Assembly: GCF_009914755.1 (NCBI RefSeq)
Contig: NC_060930.1
Strand: one strand, 5' to 3'
Source of the DNA: the human T2T-CHM13v2.0 reference genome, Homo sapiens
DNA length: 64,000 bases
Both the position numbers and the translations under genes were made by a program. Shown in pieces: positions 31,174 through 45,479 of this stretch (positions are counted from its first letter, which is position 1; each line of letters opens with the position of its first letter). The notes beneath the pieces are model-generated. The model saw only the letters and a program-made list of their open reading frames with translations, was not told the origin of the DNA and did not search any database.

Positions 31174-31730
31174 GTCGAATTTCCCTAATTTACACCTATC
31201 TGCGATACTTCTCAGACAAAAACCTCAGACTCAAAACTACAGTCACACTGAGAAGGAAAGACACTCCAATCCTACAAATTATGAGACAAAGCCTCTTTTT
31301 TCCCCCTGTAAACTACAGAGAGGTAAGAAGCAGATGTCTCATGTTTGCCCAAAAGCTTGCTTTTCTGTTTAAAAGAAACAAAACACACTTCCATAAATAC
31401 TACATCATAATACACAACTGGTAAAAGTACTAAAAGGTATGCATGAGGCTTATGCTGAAATAAATGTTTCTCCACTCAAGAGTGCAAATTTACAAAATGT
31501 AACATTTATCAAAGAGAAAAACCCAAAGATATGGTACAAAACAATTTATAAAGACAGAAACTTATGTACATTTCCCTTGTATTCTGACATGTTACATTAC
31601 ACATGCTACATAAAAAAATTTAAATCTAACTTTTAAAACTCAGCTGGAAGAATATCTTCATCTTCTCCTTGCCCTAACACAACACTTAGAAAAAATAATT
31701 TTTAAGAGTTAGGAACAAAAGAAACCCAAT

Positions 31731-31995
31731 TGGGGAGGCTGAGGAAGGAGGATAGCTTGAAGCCAGGAGTTTGAGACCAGCCTGAGCAACAGAGTGAGAC
31801 CTCATCTTTACAAAGAATTAAAAAATTAGCCAAGTGTGGTGGCTCATGTCTCTCGTCTCAGCTACTTGGGAGGCTGAGGCAGGAGGATTGCTTGAGCCCA
31901 GGAGTTTGAGGCTGGAGTTTGACGATGCAGTGAGCTATGATTGTGCCACTGTACTCCAGCCTCGGTGAGACCCTGTCTCTTAAAAAAAGAAAGAC
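31731..31995 (+). mobile_element. AluJ, 5'-truncated
   Basis: TSD-like aaaga(a/ca)cccaatt. Confidence 0.9.
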
Positions 31996-32709
31996 ACCCA
32001 ATTTGGGGAGAACAAGTGTATGAATTCTCAACTCCACCACCACCAACAGCACCATTCATGAATCCATGGCTTTTCTTAATTTTCATTGGTTCTTCCTCCT
32101 CTTTTCATTCTCCAAAGCAGAGTGAGTCCCAAGGTGCTATCCTCTATTCTCTCATGTCTTCTATTCCACTTAATCCTGTTTTCCTTGACAAGAGATACCT
32201 CTTCCTCCACTTCCTACTCTCTTCACCCCAATAATTTACCTGATCTTTGTAAGGCAGAGTCGGCAAATTCGTATCACCTGCTAAGCATCCTATCAGATGG
32301 CTGCCATCACTTCCAACTCAGCCCACTCTAGAACGTAATCAACTTCCCACTGAACCAAACTAGCTCTTCCTTCTTTAGTTTATGTTGATTTGATTTTTCA
32401 TTCACTCAGTTTCAAATCCGAGACATCTCTGACTCTTGATATACTGTCTTCTCCTATATGCTGTTAGCATCAAAGTCCTGGTTACTTTATTTCTGTAATG
32501 TTTTCGTAATTCTTCCCTTCCTCTTTCCTGCTCTAATGGGCACTGCTCCTGTGCAAACCCTTATTTCCTTTTTTTCTGATGTATTTTACTGAATACTACC
32601 ACTAGCCTCCCTACTGATCAAGCTTTGTTCAAAACAGGCAATAGAGACACTGAAGGTATCAAGGTCCAACCCTGACATCAAGGCCTGCCACAGCTGGGTG
32701 ATACATCAC

Positions 32710-33415
32710 TGTGCAGTGATAAGAGTGTCTTTTGTATGCTAATGAGATGACTGGTGGCTGGGGTCCCCAGGTGGCTTCAAGATAGGGCTGCTTACCAGAA
32801 AGACCAAGGCAGGATTAGAGGGTTGGAACATTTAGCCCAATTCTTGACTTCTGGGAGGGGAGAGACACTAGAGACTGAGTTCAATGGATTCAATCAATTA
32901 TGCCTATGTGATGGAGCCTCCATAAACATCCCTAAACTACAAGGATGGGAGAGCATCTGGGTTGCTGAACACAAGAAGGTACTGGAAGGGCAGTACACAC
33001 AGAAAGGGCAGAGAGGCTTCATGCTGCCTTGCCCTATGCATTGCTGCCATCTGACTCTTCCTGAGTTTTATCCTTTATCAAAGCTGGCAATATTATGTAA
33101 AGGGCGTTCCTGAGTTCTGTGAGCCATTCTAGCAAATTATGGAACCTGAGGAGGGGGACACGGGAACTCTTGATTTATAGCCGGTAGGTCAGAAGTATAG
33201 GTGGCAACCTGGGACTTGCGAATGGCATCTAAAGTGGAGGCAGCCTTATGGGACTGAGCCCCTAACCTGTAGGTCTGTGCTAACTCCAGGTAACATGCCA
33301 GAATTGAACTAGATAGTAGGGCACTCAGTTGATTTTGGAGAATTGGAGAATTTACTGGTGCTGGGGAAAACACCATACATTTGGTGTCAAGAGTGCTGTG
33401 GGTAAATACAGTTCA
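32710..33415 (+). mobile_element. MER21-family LTR (ERVL)
   Basis: tatgctaatgagatgact...ccagaaagaccaaggcaggattagagggttgg...ctgagttctgtgagccattctagcaaattat...gggactgagcccctaacctgt. Confidence 0.85.
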
Positions 33416-33529
33416 GTCACCCAGGATTCCTCTTCATGTACCTTTAGTCCAACTCTATGCCTTGCCCTTACCTGAGCACAGCTGACACTTTCCTAGTTCT
33501 ATGTCTTGGCACATCTGTCTACAATCAAA

Positions 33530-34720
<1,191 letters not shown>

Positions 34721-35050
34721 TTTTTTTTTTACAGAAGTTTTAGGCTTACAAAAAACTTCGGCAGATAGTACAGAGTTCCTATATAGTCTCGCTTGTCCCC
34801 ACTCCCTACTGTTAAGAATTGTTTCCCCAATTATTAACATCTTTATTAGTGTGGTACATTTGTTATAACTGATGAACCAATATTGATACATTATTCATAA
34901 CTAAACTTCACGGTTTATATTAGGATCCATTCTTTGAGCCGTATGGTTCTATGAATTTTGACAAATGCATAATGTCATATATCTGCCATTACAGTATCAC
35001 ACAGTACAGTTTCCCCTATGCTTTACTTATTCATCCCTATCCCAACTCCC
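34721..35050 (-). mobile_element. L1MC/MD 3' end
   Basis: agtgtggtacatttgttataactgatgaaccaatattgatacattatt...ttttgacaaatgcataatg. Confidence 0.82.
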
Positions 35051-35239
35051 TCTCTATTAAAGACAGCTGTTACTAATAATAGTACTCAGAGAGTACAATC
35101 CCAGGGATTGATAGAAAGGATGTGAGACCTTTCCTGCATTAACAGTTGGGTAAGAATAATGGTAACTCAACCATGGCTGAGTTATCATTAACTCAACTGG
35201 ACCAGCTAGGCATTTGGATCTTCCTAAGAAAGGATTAAA

Positions 35240-36125
35240 AACAGCTGGATCTATCTGCTGCTAAACCCTTGCACTAAATTCTTAATTTCGGTTTTGGGTT
35301 TTTCAGATTGAGGATTTATTTCTATTGGGTTATTTTCCAAATCAGTTATGCCACTTTCTATAGCTTCTAGTTCTCTCCAACATTTTTCAATCTTATGTTT
35401 TATGTCTTTGAAGATAACAAATATATTCATTTTGAAGTTCTTGTCTAATAATTTGGTCATCTGAAGCATCTATGGGTCTATTTCTAATTTTTATTATTTC
35501 TGTTGGCTCTTGTTCATGTCACATCTTGTCATGTACCTCCTTAACTTTGATGGTGTATTGGACATTGTATTTTTAAAACAGTTTGTGGAATCACTAAAGA
35601 CTTAGGATTTCATTTACTTCTGCCAGGTGCCTATGGGCACCTGCATTCTGGTATCACTTTGTTCCAATTTTTGTGCTTGAGACTTCCTGGATCATACAAA
35701 TGGCTTGGAACCACACAACAATCCATGTGATGGCTGGTTTACCTCTGTTTCACCTTCATACCCTACCCCTGGCTGCATCTCAATCCACTTTACCAACCCA
35801 AAGTATAAGGAGATTAGCAAGGACTCCACCTCTGGAAGGACTTGAACTCCAGTACTTTGTCCTCCTCAGCCCCACAAAGCAGTCAGCAATATGCATTTGC
35901 TCTGTCTTTAAGCCGCTCCTTCCTGAATGGCATATATCTAAATGCTAGGTTCATCTCTCTAAATTTTTACCTCTTTCTGGATCTTGGTCTAGTAATTCCT
36001 CACTAACTTGGCTTATCTCCAGTGCCTTCAAGCACAAGTTTTTAATATTTTGTCCAGTCCTAGTTGTCCTCAGTGGAAAAGGCAATGCTAATTACCTAGT
36101 TTGTCATTTCTGACAGCAGAAGTCT
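35240..36125 (-). mobile_element. Old L1M/HAL1 5' region with an ORF1 coiled-coil remnant
   Basis: ORF 35251-35469 LLDKNFKMNIFVIFKDIK...RELEAI...TEIKNLVQGFSSR resembles L1 ORF1p. Confidence 0.72.
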
Positions 36126-36209
36126 GAACAGGAACTTTCATTCTATGAATTTCACAAATATTTTGCCTCTTGTGGTCTTTAATATAATCAATTTTATATT
36201 GTGCACATA

Positions 36210-36451
36210 CCAATCATCCTTTGGTATATGTGGGGAATTGGTTCTAGAACCCCCATGTATACCAAAATCCACACAGACTCCAGTCCTACTCTGTTGGTCC
36301 CCTGGAACCCATCTATAGGAAAAGTTGGCCCTCTGTATACATGGGTTTTATGTCCCCCGAATACTGTATTTTCTAACTGCGTTTGGTTGAAAAAAATTTG
36401 CATATAAGTGGACCTGGGCAGTTCAAACCTGTGCTGTTCAGGGGTCAACTG
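36210..36451 (+). mobile_element. MER8 (TcMar-Tigger MITE)
   Basis: About 240 bp, TA flanks, ends gttcaaacctgtgctgttcaggggtcaactg. Confidence 0.9.
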
Positions 36452-38029
36452 TATTCCCCTCCCCCCACCCCCATTAGAATGCTAGAGCTCTGTCTGACTC
36501 ATGCAGCACCTGTCCCCTGCCCAGAATAATTATTTGTTAAATCGAAACAACCAGGCTTCTCTGATGCTTTTGATTGCTTATGCCCAAATCTCATCGTTTT
36601 AAATAAAATTTTATTCTTACATAATCATCATTAAAAGCACCTTTCCCTTTTCCACTTTCTTTCAACATTTACATAGTTTCTATGAGGAAAGGCCTATATC
36701 TACTTTGTGTCCATCTTTATTTGATTCTATTGTGTCATTTATTTGAGTTCAAGATGATCTTTATGCTTTCCAGATGTGCCTTATGGCATGCATATACACA
36801 TTGTTTAACATTGTGATTCAGCGTTAATTTTATTTTGAAAATTTCATGACACTTCTTAGGAACGATCAATAGGATATCCAGCAAAAATAAGGCTGGGAAC
36901 CACTAGGCTATATATACTCACTAGAAAGTGACAAGAACATTCCTGTGTACAAAGCAATAGTGGTTTTTAAAAATGTTTTTGTGTCTCTTTTTCATTTCAG
37001 TGCTTTTCCTTCACTAAGCAGGCATATGTGGAGTTGCGCAGTATTTCACTGGTATTTTTCTGTGGGGGAATACTTTGTACTACAAGACTGACTCTTCTGA
37101 AACTTTGGGGAACCAACAGCAAGGGATGTAAAAGCTAGATAAACGGCACTTATACATTCCAGTAGAGACCAGTTTTAGGGATTATATCTACGTCGACAAT
37201 TGCTCGGGGAGAATCTCCTGATTCCCTAGATTTGTCCAGAATGCCACTGCCAATACTTTTCTAATATATTATATATTTCCTCTTTCTTAACAGATCTTAT
37301 ATCATTTGTTCAATGCATGCCTTCCTTGCTAAAGCTGAAACTCTTATTGCCAAGGACAATGTCTTCAATAAGTACAAGGTATACAGCAGCATTTTAATGG
37401 GTTTCCATAATCCAAGAGCTAAGATGGATTGTTCTTCATAACCCCAGGGGAAAGTAAGCTTTGTCTTTTCTGGATTCCATGCCGTCACCCAACTTGTCTT
37501 AGATTCTGACCATATAATTTGTGTAGGTAAAGCCTGTTCTAATCCTATCTCAAGAACCACAGCTATAATCAGTATCACTGGCCAGGGGCTGGTCAAATTT
37601 CTCACTCCTTTTGGTGCTAAGTGTCCCTCTGATACTCAGCAAAATGCTCACTGGTAACAAAATCAATCTTCAGTTATTCAGGGGCTGGTCATTCAGATTC
37701 CTTACTTCTCATATTCCCCCACTTCCCTCCTCTAACTATTCTCTAACTTCTGGCCTTCTCACTGGTAAAAATGCCATCAAAGGTTGGCCAGAGCAGGTGG
37801 GGAAAAAACTAACTAGTGGCCATTGTGATGGGCTAGGAACTCCAATGAGGCATATAAAGTTGGTAGAATGTTGAATCTCTATTTAAAAGTGTGAAGAACT
37901 TTTCCAATGATAACAACTAATCTTATTGGGGCACAGGAAAAGATCGTTTGTCCAATCAGTAATCACAGTTACCAACTGCCATCCTATGATCTTACCATAG
38001 TTGTTCCTCCACATTCTAGGCTGTTGATA

Positions 38030-38205
38030 CTGTGCAGTCCCAGCTCTTCCATTCACTCAATCTGTGAGTTAGGACATGCTATTTCATCTCTCTGAGTCTC
38101 ATTTCATCATCAAGAAAATAGAAACAATAACCTGACAGGTTTGCTTTGAAGATTACAGCATTCATTCTGAGAATGAAATAATATGTGAAAGTGCTCTGTC
38201 AATGT
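38030..38205 (+). mobile_element. MIR
   Basis: cccagctct...tctctgagtctcatttcatcat...aatatgtgaaagtgct. Confidence 0.72.
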
Positions 38206-38383
38206 AGAGTGACACTCTAACTTTATGTTAACACTGATATTAATTGTTCATGATGTGAGTTTTAAATTAGGATGCTGTTTTCAGTTCTCAATGAGACAGA
38301 TGTTCTACATGGGTTACAGTGATAAATCCTGGATTTTTGCACACTAAGCCAGTATACATGCCAAATTTCATATTAGTGCTTAC

Positions 38384-38396
38384 CTTGGGAGGTTTC
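38384..38396 (-). CDS. KIF13A: KIF13A 13-nt coding microexon (probably exon 3), phase 2 to 0, encodes (R)KPPK
   Basis: Minus strand reads T-rich tract ...cccatcattaag|GAAACCTCCCAAG|gtaagc. G AAA CCT CCC AAG joins in frame to the 13572-13632 exon, giving RKPPKVFAFDYCFWS, which I recognise as KIF13A motor-domain sequence. Confidence 0.95.
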
Positions 38397-39047
38397 CTTA
38401 ATGATGGGAAAAAAAAAATTCAGCAGCAGGGATACAGAGGGTTGTCAACACAGCAGCCACATCAGAGGGAAACAATGAAAGAGAAAAAAATAAGGTAAAT
38501 TCAGCACCTTGATAACATGATCTGAAAGATATTCTTCTTCATGAAGATCAGAAGCCAAATTCAAACACATTACTGAATGAAGTGATAAACTCAATATTTG
38601 CTCAAAAACATGGTATGGGCATAATGAATTTCTCTCTTGGTTGCACAGAATGAATTCAATCATTCAGATATTTTTAATGACTTTTAAGAAATGCCAAAGG
38701 AAGAGCATCAAGATAAAGAAAGATGCCACAATCCTTACTGCATGTGATTAAATATTTTTAAATCAATTTTTATATTTAAATTTTTCTTAAATTTTTGTTA
38801 AAATATATGCATATTTTCCTTTGATAAATACATATACTCTAACATAATATATGTGGGAGTTTTTCTCATTTAAAAACCATGGTTTTAAATAACTCATATA
38901 TTTTAACACTGAATAGACATTTAAAAGCAAGTTTCCATTTTTTCCCCACCATCAGCCACACACGCACTTGTTAAAACGTTTGTTTTACACGTTAATAACT
39001 CAGAAATGACTGAAATTGCACCTGGAAAAAACTCTGAAAAGGAAATA

Positions 39048-39343
39048 GTTTTCTTTCTTTTTTTCTCCAGAGATGGGGTCTCACTTGGTTGTTCAGGATG
39101 GAGTGCAGTGATGTGATCATGGCTCAGTGCAACCTTGAACTCCTGGGCTCAACTGATCCTCCTACCTCAGCCTCCCACATAACTAGGACTATAGGTGTGT
39201 GCCACCACACCTGGGTAATTTTTTACTTTCTTAAGAGACACTATGTTGCCCCAGGCTGGTCTCAAACTCCTGACCTCAAGCAATCCCCCCACCTCAGCCT
39301 CCCAAAGTGCTGGGATTACAGGTGTGAACCACTGCATTTGGCT
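39048..39343 (-). mobile_element. AluJ
   Basis: TSD ggaaa(t/c)agtttt. Confidence 0.92.
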
Positions 39344-40866
39344 AGGAAACAGTTTTCAAGGCAATAAAATGTCAGTTTGACTTGCTTTGTAAATATTTTC
39401 TTCATGTATAAAATTAAGGAGCTCAATTATGATTTCTAAGTTATGCAATCTTATGACAGTTCTTGGCCTTCCTGATAGTTACTCTTGATCAACCTCTGAT
39501 ATCCTCAATTCATAAACTATAAAATTACTGTGAAAAAGAAATGGGGGCATTTACCCCATGGCTTTAATCATTCTTCATAGGAAATAGAATCATGGGGCTA
39601 AGAAAGTAGATTTTCCAGGGCAGAGGGCACAGAAAGGTATAGGCAAAACAGCAGGATGCTTTTTCTCCATCACTGGGTGCAACACTCCTTACAGAGCTCT
39701 GAGGGACTCGAACAAAACTGAGAGCTCAGTAGCAGGGAAAAAAAATGTCCAATCACATGCATAATTCTACGCTTTCGAGTGCAGGGAAGAAAAATCATCC
39801 CATTCCTATAATGATGAAGTTGAAACACCATTTTCTTGAAATTCCACGAATTAGTTGAAAGGGAATGAGCCCTTATTGCCTTATGTCATTCCCTCAGACA
39901 GACACAATGGGAATGTGATTTTTGTCTTCAGGTTTTAGAGGGGAACTAGAATAACTGGTATCTCTGGCTGCCATCAAGCAAGTCTCAACATATTTGTATG
40001 TCTACCCTTTAAAACAAGATAAACATTTATAGAGGTTATAAATAAAAATGCACAAGTGTTTTTAATTCTAAGGAAGTCATGGATTTCCATTCTGTACAAA
40101 AAACTTGAGATTTCTGCCATGAAAATTTCCTTAAGTGGAAGACAATTCAGGAAGGCCTCAGTTCTAAGAAGGTAGAACAATAATAAAACTTTATGAACCA
40201 TATTTTTGACTATACCTTCTCATTTTGCTTGCTTTATTCTTTAAAAGCCATGAAAATCACTGCTTTATTTAAAAGAGGAAAGAAAAGTCACTTGGGTTAC
40301 AATAAGGCCATTATATGAAACAGCACAGACCAAAGGTAATTAAATATAGGTTTCCCATTTATGTTATGATGAACCCAGTAACCCAACGGGGCTGGGACAG
40401 ACTAGGGGAATCCCAGTGAGCTCTCTGGAGTTCTCTTATGTGCCCTTTATGCCACAGCCACAGCACAATAATAACCACCACCAGCAGCAATGAACCAGTG
40501 CTGGTTTGTAGTCAGTAGTACGTTCACCTTCTTAGCTGTCAATAACAAAATTATCCTTTCTTCATTGACATTCCAAGAAGGTTTTCTTCATTCTTCTTAG
40601 AAAACCAATCCTATTTCAGCATTTTAAGCACTTTAAAAGTCTTTCTCACTTAGAAGATAGCCCATAACATGGGAATACCAATATAATTCTGCTACCTTCT
40701 TTTGTGTTTCTGAATAAATGCTTGTTAAGAACAAATTGAGACTGCGAAGAAAAGAAAAAAGGGAAGCCACAAAGCTCATCTGCTGCTACCCAAACTTACT
40801 CATCATTCATTTTAGAACAAGGACCCTTGCTACAGAAGGAAAAGTAAACCCTGTAGTGCATCATCA

Positions 40867-40962
40867 CTGTACTTCATTCATTGATACATCCTCTACTTCA
40901 TTCACTGATACAACCTGTACTTCATTCATTGATACACCCTGTAATTCATTCATTGATACACC
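40867..40962. repeat. Minisatellite, 4 x 24 bp (ctgtacttcattcattgatacacc)
   Basis: Units start at 40867, 40891, 40915 and 40939. Confidence 0.92.
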
Positions 40963-41012
40963 TTTCTTAAGGTTTCTAAGGGACTCGAACAAAACTGAGA
41001 GCTCAGTCCAGG

Positions 41013-41326
<314 letters not shown>

Positions 41327-41624
41327 TCACATGCATAATTCTACACTTTTGAGTGCAGGGAAGAAAATTATCCTGCATGAGGTGATGGGCTGCTCACTCA
41401 TCCTAACTCAGACTCAAGGTTACTGCCCCAAACTCTAGAGGCTATATGTCCTTCTTTGGTAGTTGTGAAGAAAAATGTTTCCAGTATCAGTAATACTGAC
41501 ACTATAATCAAATATAGTATGCTATCCTTTAGGGAAAAAATGTGATATTACAATGTAAAAATAAAAAAATTCATATACTTATGAAATATTATCTTAATCT
41601 TCATCGCTTTCATATATATAAACT

Positions 41625-41974
41625 ACTAAAATAAACTTAACAGGCTGAGATTGCTTCAAGGTCCTGGGTTTCTACATAAACAAAACAAAACTTAAACTCA
41701 GCCAATCACTGCCAATCACCAGCAGCCAACTGAGCATTAGTTATATAATCAAGAATTTTCCACTGGGACAGTACAAATAAAATAACTACTCAAACTTTAA
41801 CCAATCAAATAATTTATTTGCTTGCCTTCTGAGTTCACCCTACAAAAGCTTTCCCTTCATGCCCCTTCAGTGGAGTCCCAAACCCCTTCCATTTTGGAGC
41901 TGCCCAAATCATGAATCACTATCTGCACAAATAAATTATTTAAAATTTTAATGTGCCAAATTCATCTTTTAACA
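41625..41974 (+). mobile_element. ERV1-class solo LTR fragment (MER4-group; family uncertain)
   Basis: CCAAT repeats, AATAAA, and 3' end aaattttaatgtgcc...tcttttaaca. Confidence 0.6.
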
Positions 41975-42064
41975 ATATGGAAAACAAATGAAATGAGAAT
42001 GAATAATATAAACATCTATCAGATTCAACATAAACCATACTAAACACATATTTTAAAAATTATG

Positions 42065-42225
42065 GGCTGGGCATGGTGGCATGAGCCTATAATCTCAGCT
42101 ACTAGGAAGGCTGAGGCATGAGAATTGCTTGAACTCAGGAGGCAGAGGTTGCAGTTAGCTGAGATCACGCCACTGCACTCCTGCCTGGGTGACAGAGCAA
42201 GACTCAATCTCAAAAATAAATAAAT
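42065..42225 (+). mobile_element. Alu right arm
   Basis: Monomeric Alu sequence with A-rich tail. Confidence 0.88.
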
Positions 42226-43306
42226 GGCCTTTTGTTGATTGTATCAGTCAAAGCCATGACTCTTAGTCAAGTACAGACTACTGTTGAGATACCTGTGTGG
42301 CTTCATTACAGAAAGAGGCAATGATTTTGTTCAGTAAATATCTAGTGAACCAAAAAAGAACATCCCTTGAAACAGACCTAAGTGACCCCGACACATAGGT
42401 TTGATTGCTGACTCCTTAGAAAACAGCATTTCACTAACACTTGCCTAAAGGTGTGTTTATTTCTGACCACTCTCCAATGCCCATCCTCCCCTTCATTCTC
42501 CAAAACATCCTTGCTTTTAATCATGTGGACTTCTCTAAGTATTCAAGTATTAGTATTTTTGTATATTCCAAATAAATAAACTAAATACAATTTGACATTT
42601 TAGAAGACATTCTAGGTTCCAGGATTTGGAGAGAAAATAAGGAGAGACAGTTCTTATTTTCCACATTGATAGTAGTTCTATTTTTGTAAAACACAAAAGC
42701 TCTTCTTCTCTTCCAGGACAAGCAGTTTGATCTCTTCCAGGTCACCCACACCATGAGTTTTTACCACACAACTCATGCAATTTACATGCCTTTACCCCAC
42801 TTTGTCTTTCCACTCTGCCGGATCATACCTGCCCACTCTTGAAGACACAGTTCAAGGCTCAGCTCTCTCAATTCCTCACCAGCCTTGAAGACTATCTTGG
42901 CCTTCACTACTTCTACTATCCCAAGACTCCTAGGGTCGACAAAACAGCTTAGCACTTATTGGCACACATAAAGTTCTGATGCCTTCAGTAACTGTCTGCA
43001 TTTGAGTCTCATATATCTTTAAGATGTAAACCCCTTGAAAACAGAGGCCAGGTCACGTGGTATATAATCCCTGTCCCCAATCCCATCTATTCATGTAGGG
43101 CTGAGTACAGAATAAGAACTCAGAAATAATTTTTTTACATTAGTGAGTTAAACATAATCCAGTTGTGAGGATTTACTTAAATCACCACCACAATCCTACA
43201 ATTTTGGGGCAAGACTGCCTGCATTTAACAGCAGTGAAGACTTCAGAGACTGTCAGAAAATGCAGAATATTTCTGATAACTTACTTAAAAATAATCATTT
43301 CTCTAG

Positions 43307-43572
43307 ACCAGCATTTCACAAGCATAGAAATTGAACGGGATGTTAACAAAGGTCAAGCCCTTAAAAAGCTTCTGACATCAACTAAATTGAGAAATGCTGC
43401 TGAGCACAGTTAAATATGGGTTTCTTTATGGCAGTACTTTTCAGAGACTTTGACATGCTAATATATGTTGTTACTCTCCTTGCATATTCAATGCAACATT
43501 TCAACAGCAGCATTCCCCAAACTTATTTGATAACAGAATTTTCTTGGAGGAACATATTTTGGGGGAAATGTA
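43307..43572. mobile_element. Old hAT-Charlie non-autonomous element
   Basis: Inverted termini cagcatttcacaa...ttgggggaaatg; internal cagagactttgacatgctaat. Confidence 0.5.
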
Positions 43573-44072
43573 TCAATGATTTTGATAAACAAACAAAAAG
43601 GTATTTTAAAGGATGCAATGGGATTTCCATATTGCAACAAATCTAGCAGCTCAATAATCTCAGGTATTGACATAGTATGGCTAGAATTTAGGATGAACAA
43701 AAAAAGGTTGCTATTAAAAATATACACAATTATCAGAGAAAAATAAGTTTTACGTGACTTTTGAAATATATATTTATGTAAGTGCTTTAAGAGGTACAAA
43801 CAAAATGGCACAAGAACTCACAGAACAGAGCGATCAAAGCTGAATGCAGGCACAGGGATGGGGATGTGGTGGTCAAGAAGAGAGAGGATCTGGAAAGGGT
43901 CTTCAAAGACAGGGAAGACTGACAGGCAGGGATGTGGGCCATTTCTAATAGAGGTGATTTTGTTAGCAAAAGTACTTAAATGAAAATATTCTAGGTGTCT
44001 TAGCAAGGGTTCAGTTTGATGAGATTATAGAGTAAATGGGGGGAGCGGGGGAACACTAGAAAACAGTACAGC

Positions 44073-44729
<657 letters not shown>

Positions 44730-45229
44730 CTATACTTGGACAGGTCTTGAAAGGAGAAGTCTGTACTTAATTTAGTAGGTAGTACAGACCTGGAAAGTTC
44801 AATAAGGAGGACTAAAATAAAGGAGGATAAATAGCCTGTTGCAACAACAGCAATAAAAATCCTAAACAGCTGAAGTTCCTTCCCCACACTTCACTCTGAA
44901 AGATATCTGGGTCAAGGAGTCCTCTGACCACTGTTTACAGCATATTGACTATAATTAGCTACTTAGAAGTTTGGTGGCCAAAGGCCCTGATATACAATGC
45001 CCTACGACGTGTGTGATCAGAGAAGTATCTTCTGAACCAGAAATTTCTCTTTCATGTATTAAAATACTTTATTAATTGTTGGAAATGGCTGCAACCTAGA
45101 TCTGAAAGATATACAGTTAAATGGCATTTGCCTCCTGGAAATTAGCCTAAGGACATATTCCTTATTATGAAGCCTCTGACTGTCAATTCCAACTTGGAGA
45201 ACTAAACAGGTCATCGAAATCTTCTAAGT

Positions 45230-45464
45230 CAAACTTGCCCAACCCGTGGCCTACGGGCCTCATGGGGCCCAGGACGGCTTTCAATGCAGCCCAATACAAA
45301 TTTGCAAACTTTCTTAAAACATTATGAGATTCTTTTGTGATTTTTTAAAAAAATTTTTTTAAGCTTATTAGCTATCATTAGTATTAGTGTATTTTGTGTG
45401 TGGCTCAAGACAATTCTTCTTCTTCCAATGTGGCCCAGGGAAGTCAAAAGATCAGACACCCCTG
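45230..45464 (-). mobile_element. MER30 (hAT-Charlie), complete
   Basis: Matches MER30 termini; perfect 8-bp TSD ttctaagt at 45222-45229 and 45465-45472. Confidence 0.93.
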
Positions 45465-45479
45465 TTCTAAGTATTCTCC

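Noticed and set aside
39700-39810. Duplicated unit as a C/D-box snoRNA (minus strand ggatga...ctga)
   Set aside because: No proper RUGAUGA box C, no terminal stem and no recognisable rRNA/snRNA guide.
40867-40962. Regular 24-bp repeats as a CRISPR-like array
   Set aside because: Head-to-tail units without unique spacers in primate DNA; an ordinary minisatellite.
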